From NCBI GenBank assembly GCA_965644295.1, contig CBFFRP010000141.1, positions 124,001 through 188,000 on the forward strand: a DNA stretch of 64,000 nucleotides. The letters run 5' to 3'. The DNA comes from Paraphysomonas bandaiensis (taxonomy: Eukaryota; Protista; Chrysophyceae). Of the stretch, positions 53,221 to 64,000 are shown piece after piece (within the stretch, counting starts at the first letter, position 1; the number at the start of each line of letters is the position of its first letter). Made by a program: the position numbers and the translations under genes. Under the pieces are notes generated by a model. It saw only the letters and a program-made list of their open reading frames with translations, was not told where the DNA came from and did no database searches.

Positions 53221-55595
53221 ATGTTTTATTCTCAGTTGATACTAGCGAAGAAGGGGCCGCTGGGGAAGATTTGGCTGGCTGCTCATTGGGACAAAAAATT
53301 AACCAAGAATCAAATATTTTCTACCGACATCACCGACTCTGTAGGTGGGTGTATATTCACAACAGCTCATCGCTCCCCCTCACCCCTTACCTCTCGCACA
53401 TGTCCTTTACAGATAGCATACTGAACCCCTCAACACCTCTCGCTCTGCGTGTATCTGGACACCTCATGCTCGGTGTGGTCAGAATATACTCCAGAAAAGT
53501 GAAGTACCTGATGTCGGACTGTACGGAGGCGATGTGGAAGATAAAAATGGTTGGAACTATTGCGTAGTTGCCGAAAGTAGATTGATGTGCTGTGTTAGGC
53601 TTTTCGACCCGGTGATGTTGATCTCTCTGCTGCAGCCAGTCTTGCTGCCGCTGCGACAACTGATGACCCCCGCTACTTCGGTTACGTTCCGGAAGACGTT
53701 GAGTTTCCTGAGCTCGCTGATACTGCTTATGCTGAAAGGTTTTGGTTGTATCTGTCAAAGGTGTTATAATTTCTTTCCTCGTAGTATGTTGACTCAGTAT
53801 GATGAGTTGCGGGCTGCTCGCGGTCGCACTCTTGCGCAAGAGCAAGACACTACCACCGAGGACGTTGATATGTTGATGCGAACAGATACATCTCTGGGTA
53901 CAGGATTTCCTTCCATTACAACCCGCACTGTAGAGGGCACACCAGGCATAGCATCCCCGTTAGCAACTGATATGCAAGCGGCACCTAGTGCTGGGACTGC
54001 ATCTGGTACAGGACGAGTTAGTGATATTGAGCTGATGAGAGGGGACCGGCGGGCGTCCGTTAGATCGTCATTGCTGTCACGTACAAGACCGTCCATGTCG
54101 TCTGCGGGGATAGGAATAGAAGATGAAATTCCGGCCTTTGAGGACTCGGTGCGATATGTCTGACATAGTATACTTGTCGTGTATCTAAAACACGTTCTGT
54201 ATATACAGGAGGTATATGGTGGTGCGGATATGTCACTGCCCCCATTAGACGATTTCGAAAGTAAGATGTTTCGTCCAGATATGGAACCCGAAGGTTTTTT
54301 ACTGTCTGAAGTATGGTATTATGATGTAATGATATTTTGATGTGTAGGTGAAATGGGCGAAGGAGAAGACGAAATGGCTCTCATTAGAGCCCGTGCTGGA
54401 GAAGAATTTAGGTTATCTCTTGCGACAGAGGAAGGTGTGGTGTATTCGTGTGGACACTTGGCTTTGGTGATACTGTATTTTCAGCTCCTGCTGTGGAAGA
54501 AGAGCCCGCTGCTGTCAAGCGCTCCACTGCCCGTCGCAAACGGCGCAGGGAGGATGAGGATGTAGAACTCTCAAGTCGCGCAATGAAGGAGTATCTCAAT
54601 AATACCGCTCCTACCCTCCGCCGCCGTGTAGGAGACCCATTACCTTCTCTTTTGGAAGGAAGAGCACCAATGGTTGAGGTGCCTGGAGTGAGCGAATGGG
54701 ATAGAGACTTACACAGGGAGATCCTTTCTTCGGAAGAGTTGCTCAGCATGCCCAATGCAAGAGGTACTGCTTTGTGTGGAGCGTGTACAATTTTCATATG
54801 GCGTTATCGAATTTTTAGGTCTATGCCCAGAGCTGCGGGAGGTATTCTCCATGACCATGACTCTTGGCACCCTTCCTTTTCCCTTGTCGAAGAAATCCCG
54901 AAGTGAAAAGTCACAGGATGTTGAGAGTGTTGATGATGTTGAAGTGGCACGAGAAAGGGACGAGTCACGCAGGCGATCTTCTCTCCTGGAAGATGTAGAG
55001 GACGAGATAGGGAGGTATACGTATGATGATGCTTCAAAAGAGCTGCAAGGACAGATTGAGAAAGAAGTACGCGAGGAAGAAGAAACTGTTGATTTTACAG
55101 AGCGAATGGATGAGAGCTATATTCAACAGGAAGGAGTGTTCCCTCAGGAGCTCTCGGTGTCTTTTCCAAGCTTGGAGGAGGCATTATTGCCACCAGATGG
55201 CGGAGGCGAACCAGAGGTGGAGGGTGTTCGGGAAGTGAGTGGTGTGTCAGTAGGTAGATTCAAACCCGCGGGTGAGAGTCAAGCACCGGTCAACAAGAAG
55301 AATTGGAGCTCTAGAACTGCAACGGTCTATAAAGCGCTGGAGAGAAAGCTGGAAAGTCAGGTATTCTTATAAACAGACACTACATAGAACTGCGTTTTAC
55401 ATATATATATCTTACTCTACTACACTACAGGACTTCGTGTCATTTGAAGAACTTTCAAGTGGTTTTTCTCGACGCACAGCAGCGTCATGCTTTCTTGAGG
55501 TCTTACAGCTAAAGACGTGGGGGGCTATTGAGGCTACACAGCAGGATCCTCTTGGAGATATATATGTAGGCTTTCCCGCCACGGCAGAAGTCTAA
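53221..55595 (+). CDS. RAD21: Cohesin alpha-kleisin Rad21/Scc1, multi-exon
   Basis: [47 protein letters not shown], acidic linker, C-terminal winged helix [25 protein letters not shown]. Confidence 0.95.
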
Positions 55596-55981
55596 TTCTA
55601 CATGTTATTGAACTAATATGATGGGGTGTCAAGCCAATACATGCACTTTGTATATCGTGCTGCTGTTAAGTATAAGTGGCCCGTTATGTGGTATACGATA
55701 TGGGATTTAGTAGTTTGTGTACGCAGGTATAGATCTCAACGGTAGGCGTTTTTGCCTATTGTTCAATGGTTGTGACGATAATGAATGGTACAATATTTTA
55801 GTTTCTTGTAATAATATGACAGTGCAGCTTTACACGTATAATATGATTTTCTAGTAAAGTGTGCTGCGATTTCGACACCACCAATGGTCGATATTTTCAT
55901 AATGTTCATAACGTGTGGCTTGACGTGCTTTACTTATTGAACCAAACTACTCCTAATATTCCTCTAAATATATAAAAAATG

Positions 55982-56067
55982 TGTAACAAGGTAAATTTCA
56001 AGTTATGTTGAGACCAATGAAAGTAATGTAACAAGGTAAATTTCAAGTTATATTGAGACCAGTGAAA
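55982..56067. repeat. 45-bp-period tandem duplication
   Basis: TGTAACAAGGTAAATTTCAAGTTAT(G/A)TTGAGACCA(A/G)TGAAA occurs at 55982 and 56027. Confidence 0.9.
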
Positions 56068-57020
56068 ATGGGACGTAATATATAACTATATAACATAGTG
56101 AAAGTGATATACGATATACGATTTTGTTGTGAAAGCTGAAAATCGCCCTATTCTAAGGCCTTTATTTATAACCGCTTCTTAATTAATATATTATGCAATA
56201 GTTGACTTGTCATTGTGGCTTCCCTCAAATTGAGTAATATACTAGAATATGGATCTTATTCTAGTATATTCAGATATTCAGTATGTCCCTTGTCACTTGA
56301 AGAAAATGTATGGGAATACAGTGAAATATTGTGATGTACAAATGCTGTGATGATATTGAGAAATTGAAATAGTTTGATCTTTCAAGATATGTTTAATGTT
56401 TCGTAACGAAAGGTTCGCATATATATTATGCGTGGAACAAAATGAGTTTATCACAACATCCAACATCTTCGTGTAAACGATATTAATAAATCTATCTAGT
56501 CTAGCGACAAATTCTCTTTGAGATCTAGTTAAGAATGAGCAATTTCCAACATAATATAATGAAAAAGGAGATTCTTACACGCGAGAATATAGTACATATT
56601 TTCCCGGTGCTAATATGAGATATGAGCATTCTGTTGAACCCAATTCTGGTAAAATAACCCTTTTTTCAGACGAAATGGGCGATAACACCATATCTGAATA
56701 ATTTCACTGACGTAGTACTAGCTTCAAATGTATGACATGTTAATGCAAAGCTGCGGTAGTAAATCTTTTTCTATCACGAGCGAGATATTGTAGTAGCCAA
56801 AAAAATACTTGGTATTTGGCATGAAACATTCTCGATACTATATTAAAAATAACTTAGGGATGGGATTTTCTTGTCCGATACACCACAAGCACAGTATGGC
56901 TAGCAAATTTTACTACGAAATAATACAATACGATATTCAGAAAACAAATGACCGTGTTTCATACGGATCACACCATCGATGTTCAAAATCAACAGCATAA
57001 AAACGTAGAGCATGATTCTC

Positions 57021-57919
57021 CTAAGAGCTAATACTCCTAAACGCACTCATTTCTGATTCGTACCTGCCACACAATAAAATTATAACATCAAATAAATCTG
57101 ATGCACTATGACCTCATTTTATCTCTCGCACTCATTTCTTCGAATGGGAGCTTATCTTCAGCTGACATGGCGCGCCAGCGCTCCCCAATTATTCTCATGA
57201 CCTCGGTAACAGGTGTTTCTGGGTTTTCCGCTTTGATCTACCAGACTCAAATTACACTAATTCTTATCAATGAAGTACTCAAACCTCATTTCTGGCAACA
57301 TTTGAAAATATGATATAAGATGAGAGGGCTCCTTTGGGAGCATTGGGGTCTTTCTTAGCACGTTTCCTCTTAATGTTGTCAAGTTCTGGGGGCCTAACAT
57401 ACCCAACCATCTCGTCTTTATACCTAGCAATCTCAAGAATAAATTTCTAAAACATTGTATGGTATCATCACCTTTGTTTGTCCTGTAGAGCCTGAGCCTC
57501 ATAAGGAGCCTTCTCTTCCGGAGTCATAATTTTCCACTTATCAGCGATGAGACGACTTAATGTCCCGAAACTAGCATCCGGATTAGCGGCTCTAAAGTCG
57601 TTCCGATTCTATTACCAGAGTAGCAAAGTGAGTAATAACGACGACAGTGTCCCTCGGCAGGGACGGAGGCAGTGAGGAGTCCCATTAAGGGATACATATA
57701 CTAAACTATACATGTCCCATACACACAGATATATACATATATATCGCGTTACACATGAACAGAACGCAGAGCCATAGCTATACAGGTAACTGCTAGTTAC
57801 ACAGAGACATATGCAGGTACCTCTTCCATGAAGAACATGTACGCAGTCCTCGCATGCTTAGGGGCATTCTTATCCTTCTTAGGCTTCACATGATCGTGGT
57901 TACTTCTCTTGGGCGGCAT
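57021..57919 (-). CDS. Two-HMG-box protein (HMGB/NHP6-like), 5 exons, absent from the ORF track
   Basis: Spliced: MPPKR..KKDKNAPKHARTAYMFFMEE|NRNDFRAANPDASFGTLSRLIADKWKIMTPEEKAPYE..DKQR|YKDEM..KKDPNAPKGALSSYIIFSNVARNE|IKAENPETPVTEVMRIIGERWRAMSAEDKLPFEE..DKMR|YESEMSAFRSISS-stop. Confidence 0.93.
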
Positions 57920-58330
57920 TGTCTGGTATGGTTAACAAGGAGGTTAGGTCTGTTAGTATCTCCAGTCGTTGCTCTATATGCCATATTCAAAAGTACGGAG
58001 TTTATTTATTTCCTTATTGGCGTATCCACAGCGGTCTTTTCGAGCATCTTCAAAAAGTTTTTTCGGTAACTTCACCTCTGTAACAAGTTGTCAATTTTTG
58101 AAAATAAAAGCTGAAAATCCAAACTTCTATATAAATATCAGAATATCTAGATGCCATTATACAGTGTTGTACAGTGCAGTATTCCTTTGCCAAAAACCAA
58201 CGTATGCGACAACTTCCGTATATGTACGTACAGCTGTACAGTACTGCTGTGTGTTATGCGCAGATTTAGCGAGCAATTGAATTGAAAGGATCGAATATAT
58301 CTCTTAGTACTTGTTTGGTCAACAGCAATC

Positions 58331-59170
58331 ATGAGTGCATCTAAGTCTGATGATACGTCGAGCAGCTCAGCGCTAAGTATTAGAGGTATTGCGGGTGGTC
58401 TGGCGAAGGTAACCGCCGCTATTACTCTGATCATGACAATTGTTTGGGCAAAAAAGAGCGATACGGATGAGAAGTACTTAGGGGGGCTGGACTGGGACGA
58501 TAAAGTGTTTAATTGGCACCCAGTTCTTATGGTTGCCGGTCTATTATTTTCTTTCGGGTGTGGCATAACTTCTTTCCAAAATACTTATCTTTCCAAACCT
58601 ATAAATAAAGCCCTTCACGTAACATCCTATGTTGCTGCAATTATTTGTTTTGGTGTTGGCTTGAAAGCAGTCTGGAAAAGCCATGACAATAATGACTTCG
58701 GGTATATTGCTAATCTTTACTCACTGCATTCCTGGTTGGGGTTAGCTACTGTCGTCATGTTCGGACAAAATTTTATTCTAGGCGCTCTTCATTTCTTGGG
58801 ACCAGTAACTTCACAGGCAATCAAAGAAAAATACTTGCCAAGCCATGTTCTTTTGGGTACACTTACCATAATCAGCGCGGTAATAGCAATTGAAACAGGT
58901 ATAGTGTGACATACTCTGTCTCAGTGACCTGATGATATTGTCACAGGAATCCTGGAGAAGAATACGTTTTTGGGATGCAACTACAGTGTAGACAGTCGGG
59001 ATACCAACCCAGCTGAGCACTACGATGATATTCCGGATGGATGCAAACTTTCAAACGGCATTGGATTGATGACATATGTCACTCTCTTTTTAATCATCTG
59101 CTCACTATGGCATGATAAACCCCGCACCGCGTCAAACACTGATGGACTTCTAGGTGGAGGACGTGTGTGA
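58331..59170 (+). CDS. Cytochrome b561 (transmembrane ascorbate-dependent reductase), 2 exons
   Basis: FNWHPVLMVAG, KALH, NLYSLHSWLG and PSHVLLG supply the four heme-ligand histidines. Confidence 0.93.
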
Positions 59171-60405
59171 CTGAGTGCCATTCGCTCCAAAAACTTTTGT
59201 GTAGACTGTTGTAAACTCATTGTAATGGAGTAATGGAGTTGATGTAGTCTAGTATAACCGGGATATGGAATATGGAGCCAGAAAACCATATTCGGATGCC
59301 ATCGTTATGCCTATTAAATTATAATTCGAATATCGACAACTCTCTCAGCTTATGTAATACATGTTGACACCCCAAACGAAGATGTTATTATACTATACAT
59401 AATGCAATACTGTTGCCATGTCTTCGCCTGATGGAATTGTGTGCATCTGGGGGTTGTAAGATGTTAGAACTAGAACCAATAAAACTAGAAAGGCAGTGGT
59501 GTTCACCTTTCTCGTCTAGACAGAACTTTCTTTACTCTAGTCGTCTTGCATCTAATATATTTTCTGCAGACGTAATAGTTCACATTTAGATTATATATTA
59601 ACAATAACAACAAGAAAATAAAACATGAGGCATCTTACTGCCAATTACAACAAGGCCTAACAGTATATTTTGCATGCCGCGACTAAAATAGACTAATGTT
59701 TCCATTTACTAGCAACCTATTTACGATACCTAATTCAGTTGTATGTATTTCAATGTCTTCTATCACTGTAGCCCTACAAAAGTCAGAAAGTATGCGCTCT
59801 AAAACCTTTCATCAGGTGGTATGCCTCATGTTTTTCTGTGTCACAGAATCGATTAAATTAGACACTTTTGCAGACGCAATCATGAAAGTCGAAAGTAGTG
59901 AACCAGTTTAGATGGTGTCTAATTCATAAGGAATAAGGAAGTGGGCTGGCATGATTGGAGAAAATATAAGTTAATCACGGGCTTTGACTTGCTTTGTTGC
60001 ACACAACGTACTTACAAGAAAGTTAGCTTTTGTAGTACGACACTGCTATAAAGGTACTGTGTTGGTGTGGTATCATAGATGACAGTATAGCTATGTCCTG
60101 TAGCTACATGATACTTAAGTTCCTCTCAGAAGCAAGAACCGTATGATTGGAGCAGCGCATTATACCGTCATGTATTCTGTAGTGGCACAGATAGCTTTGT
60201 ATTGGACCGCACCAGTACGATCCATCCCGGCCCGTAGCTAGGATAGTCTACGATATCTAGATATCCGGATATGTGTTGCGATCTATTCAACTGCAATATC
60301 TATCATATCTTATCATACTCACACGCATCATTCTCCGCCTCAAAACACATCATATCTCGTCGACAAACCCTTTAGAGCGAGTTAAGTAATACTCAGTCGA
60401 TTATT

Positions 60406-61156
60406 ATGGCTGAGGAATCTCTTGCTGTGCTTGCTAAAATATCATCCAATGTGTATTACATTGGCGATGTCGCAAAAATGAACGCAGGTATGTGCATCTC
60501 GAAGAGCACGGCGCGCACTTAGTCTATATACAGGTTGCCCGTACCAAGTCATCCCTGCCTCTATTAATGATGATGTTGGATTGTGTGCAATGGCTGTGTA
60601 CGAGAAAGGGCGAAATCGCGTACTCGCTATTAAGGGTACTTCTCTTCGTGGAACTGATATCGGGCAAGATATTTCAATGGTTCTCGGGGGAACAGGGTCA
60701 TATACACTTGTTCAACCCACACTTGATCTTGGCAGGCGAGTAATATCTCAGTACAATGTCAATCTTATAACTGGTCATTCTCTCGGTGGATACATTGCTG
60801 AGATATTGGCGACAACAGTGCGCATTGCTGGGGCCTCGTTTTGTGGTCCAGATAGGTATCTTGAAAGATAGGCGTGTATGTATTGCTAATTTCAATTGAT
60901 AGGAGTTAATGGCCCAGTCATTAAACTAGGAGGAAAAGAAACTTCGGGATTTCAGAATATTCAATACGAACATGATGCCCTGGGGAACTTTAATTGTGCT
61001 GTATACCAACATGTACAGTGGAGCGTTTACTGCGACATGAGTGGACATTCAATTGATGGTATGGTGGAGTACTTCAAAGCAAGACCAGGAGTTACAAACC
61101 GAAATGTTGTCTCCAGGAGCTCTAGTCATATGACTGGATACTACTATCCCAATTGA
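60406..61156 (+). CDS. Small alpha/beta hydrolase (lipase class 3-like), 3 exons
   Basis: VLAIKGT, ITGHSLGG nucleophile elbow, ASFCGP, HDALG, GHSI (Ser-Asp-His triad candidates). Confidence 0.82.
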
Positions 61157-61585
61157 GAGTGCATGGTATTGAAGTATTTGTTATTCAAAATTCCTTACAA
61201 GTTGGAGATGTAATTGTAACCCTAATTAACTTTTTTTTAAATTTACTTATTAGCAATTGTCGCTGTCCTTTGTCGATATGATCTAACACACAGCAGTTTA
61301 GCTAAACGTTTGTAGAATATAGAATAGATAATAGATAAGACACTCAGAGCAATCATAGCAGAGGAATAACGTTGACGATAGCATTACACTTTATAAACAT
61401 CGTGTAAAAATGACAAGAATGTCGATTTCTTCTATCACACGATATCAGAAAAAAGCTTAACCATCGTAATGATATGGTATACTGATGCTACATCCAGTGG
61501 TTATTTCAAGTTACAGGTAATGCTATATTTCTTATTATATATACATCCTTATAATTCGCATAATAATTTAACACAAGGTAGAACA

Positions 61586-62476
61586 CTATCCATAATATGA
61601 ACAGTGAAAAGAAAAAGGAAAACTGAATTCCTGACTGTTCCACTCTGACAACGCGCTACGATCGTGCTCAAATACATGCATTTGACCTTCTCTACACTTG
61701 CTGGGCGGGTCAGAATCACTTGTTACGGGGATTCCAATTGCGATAGTGATGGTTCTAGTACCATACATTTCTCCTTTCAGTCGCATTGGCTCAACGTTCG
61801 CGGCTGACAGCTGCATCAGGTCAGAGATTCGAGTTCCATATGTCGCATCCGGTAGAGGAGTACTGTCCTGCATAACCTCCAACAGCGACTTGGCGAGGCA
61901 CCTTGCACTGTGGTGTTCACCGACTAAATTTTCTTCCTCAAAAATTTTTTCAATAGCTGTCTTACTGCGCAACACTTTCATCCAGGTATCGTCAAGCCGA
62001 CCGTTTGTTATACCATGTACAGTATTGGGTTGGAGATAAGTGGGAACACGACCGGGACAGCAGTTGGAAACATAGTAGCACCCATCGCAATCACCGATGA
62101 TGAGATTGTAGCCACTGTATCCCACCCCGTGTATACATTCCGTCGCAAACATTTTTGCGGATATGTGTTCAGGGGATTCAATGAACAGTTTCGGCAAGAG
62201 TCCTCTAGAACGCTTTTGCAGTCCAGACGTTGCGCTCCCATTGACTGGAGCGCTGTATCTCCACTCATGAAAGTTTAGAATGACTGCGAAGCGCCCATTA
62301 CTCTTGCTGGAGAACGCTATCCAAGTCCCTCCTGCCTCCATGTCAACAGGGCTATAGCACGCGGCGGCAGAGTCATAGACCCCTCTTGAGGTCTCCCTAT
62401 CGAAAAACTCATCTCTGTTATTGCACAGAATGAAACGTCCATCGGGGCCTCCATACGCAAAAACTAGAAGACACAT
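61586..62476 (-). CDS. TANGO2: TANGO2/NRDE family protein, intronless
   Basis: MCLLVF N-terminus, NNRDEF, GGTWI, SRGLL, GYNLI, YGTRT. Confidence 0.92.
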   Translation of the reverse strand: MCLLVFAYGGPDGRFILCNNRDEFFDRETSRGVYDSAAACYSPVDMEAGGTWIAFSSKSNGRFAVILNFHEWRYSAPVNGSATSGLQKRSRGLLPKLFIESPEHISAKMFATECIHGVGYSGYNLIIGDCDGCYYVSNCCPGRVPTYLQPNTVHGITNGRLDDTWMKVLRSKTAIEKIFEEENLVGEHHSARCLAKSLLEVMQDSTPLPDATYGTRISDLMQLSAANVEPMRLKGEMYGTRTITIAIGIPVTSDSDPPSKCREGQMHVFEHDRSALSEWNSQEFSFPFSFHCSYYG

Positions 62477-62829
62477 AATAGGCTTCTCCTCCTGTCTCCT
62501 ATCTCTCAGTCCTGTGCTGTCTCCTATAGCTACATGGTGTGATCTTACTGTGAGGATCATGATCACACAAGTGGAATACTGGAATACTGTCCTATCCTCT
62601 GTATGCATGCGTATGTGTGTATTCGGTCGACGTATGTATTACTGTATATCAGTATACAGATAGAGGCAATGCGGAATGTGGCTGCATATGGTGTCATGCT
62701 TTTGAAGTTTGAATTCTGTGGAAAGACAGGCAGCATCACATATCAGATCGAAGACGAAGAGCAGGTGACCCTTTAAGGTGCACTTCTCCCCATACCCATC
62801 CATCTCTGCTGGTATACCATATACCACTA

Positions 62830-63087
62830 ATACAGACAGCACTGATACAGACAGCACTGATACAGACAGCACTGATACAGACAGCACTGATACAGACAGC
62901 ACTGATACAGACAGCACTGATACAGACAGCACTGATACAGACAGCACTGATACAGACAGCACTGATACAGACAGCACTGATACAGACAGCACTGATACAG
63001 ACAGCACTGATACAGACAGCACTGATACAGACAGCACTGATACAGACAGCACTGATACAGACAGCACTGATACAGACAGCACTGATA
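62830..63087. repeat. 15-bp minisatellite (ATACAGACAGCACTG)n
   Basis: About 17 perfect tandem units between the divergent TANGO2 and coiled-coil genes. Confidence 0.98.
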
Positions 63088-63165
63088 TCACGCTACTGAT
63101 ATTACTCACCCCATCGAGTGTGCTCACTCCTGTCATCCCACTCTCTGTGACTATCAGTGTTTGAT

Positions 63166-64000
63166 ATGGATGCGTTGACTTATTTCAATCAACTTGTCGA
63201 TAACTTCAAAAGAGAGCGTGAGCTGCAGCGCTCCTACTCAAAGATGGTATCTCCTGACCACAGTGCTATCCACTCCCTTCGATGGAGTGAGAGAGACAGA
63301 GCTGAAGAAGAGGAGGCAATGAGAGGAGATATGTTGAGATTAGAGGAACAGATTCAACAACTGCGGCATGATTATCAGATCAAACAACAGGAGATCACTA
63401 ATGCTAAAGTATCACAGTCTATGCGCCGGTCTCAGATAGCTCGATTAAATGGTCTCTCGCAGCCGATAGAGCTCGATCACACTTATTTCTTCGTGGACAG
63501 GTACCCCTCATCCAACTCCCAGTTATCTGCTAGTAGTCTTGAGAAAACTCATCCCACTCTATCCTCCACTAAGATGGGTCATATGCGTACTGGAGAAGCA
63601 GCTATGCTCGAAGGTCGTCTGGCAGACGTATCTAAACTTGCTGAGGGCCATTTGCATGCGTTTTCATCGAAGATTTCGTCTGTTAGTACTTCATCGGAGA
63701 CTGTGTTGTCGTCTGTGGAAGGTACGAATTTGAAACGTGAAGCGGAGTTGCTTGTTAAGGACTTAGACAATTCGGAACAGAAGTTGTATGCGACTATTTT
63801 TGAGATACTAAATCTTCGTCTCAGAATGATAATAGCACAGAGACAAGAGGTGGAGGAACGAGAAGCCTTGGCTGCTGAGAAAATAAAATATGAGAGGGAA
63901 GAAGTGGCAATTCGTAAAAAATTAGATAAAGATATGACAAGGATAAAATCTCAATTCGAGACAGACTTATTAGCCCGAATGAAACAGTATGAACGCCAGG
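63166..64000 (+). CDS. Coiled-coil protein, CCDC77-like N-terminus (partial, runs off the right edge)
   Basis: Open frame from ATG 63166: MDALTYFNQLVDNFKRERELQ..HSLRWSERDR..IARLNGLSQPIELDHTYFF. The pattern recalls CCDC77 from memory only. Confidence 0.6.
   Translation, partial: MDALTYFNQLVDNFKRERELQRSYSKMVSPDHSAIHSLRWSERDRAEEEEAMRGDMLRLEEQIQQLRHDYQIKQQEITNAKVSQSMRRSQIARLNGLSQPIELDHTYFFVDRYPSSNSQLSASSLEKTHPTLSSTKMGHMRTGEAAMLEGRLADVSKLAEGHLHAFSSKISSVSTSSETVLSSVEGTNLKREAELLVKDLDNSEQKLYATIFEILNLRLRMIIAQRQEVEEREALAAEKIKYEREEVAIRKKLDKDMTRIKSQFETDLLARMKQYERQ

Noticed and set aside
62639-63164. (SVLSV)n / (DSTDT)n ORFs
   Set aside because: Products of the 15-bp minisatellite upstream of the likely ATG at 63166; no supporting coding context

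Overview
Gene-dense eukaryotic nuclear DNA with many short (about 45-60 nt) GT-AG introns. It is most consistent with a stramenopile protist; this is inferred from the SAM-kinesin-13, oomycete-type hAT remnants and DUF3638 giant protein. About 18 protein genes can be assembled by splicing, mostly in head-to-head pairs: a >4000-aa SH3/DUF3638/DUF3645/EF-hand giant protein, kinesin-13, an unusual multidomain Rab-like GTPase, a bacterial-type lldD-like dehydrogenase, a CCCH-zinc-finger Cid1/TUT-family nucleotidyltransferase, an MBOAT wax-synthase-like protein, a BART-domain protein, an atypical metallophosphoesterase, PP2A-A, a Tubby-C protein, a coiled-coil hypothetical protein, PSMB3, RAD21, a two-HMG-box protein, cytochrome b561, a GHSLG lipase, TANGO2/NRDE and a CCDC77-like protein. 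Intergenic DNA holds two TIR elements, a hAT transposase pseudogene and dispersed repeats, and TACA-core tandem repeats recur at gene 5' ends. The best candidate for something undescribed is the spliced gene at 19350-22564 (-). It reads as an N-myristoylation motif, an uncharacterised domain, a SAM domain and a Rab-like GTPase ending in a CXC prenylation motif. All exon models were read by eye and need RNA-seq confirmation.
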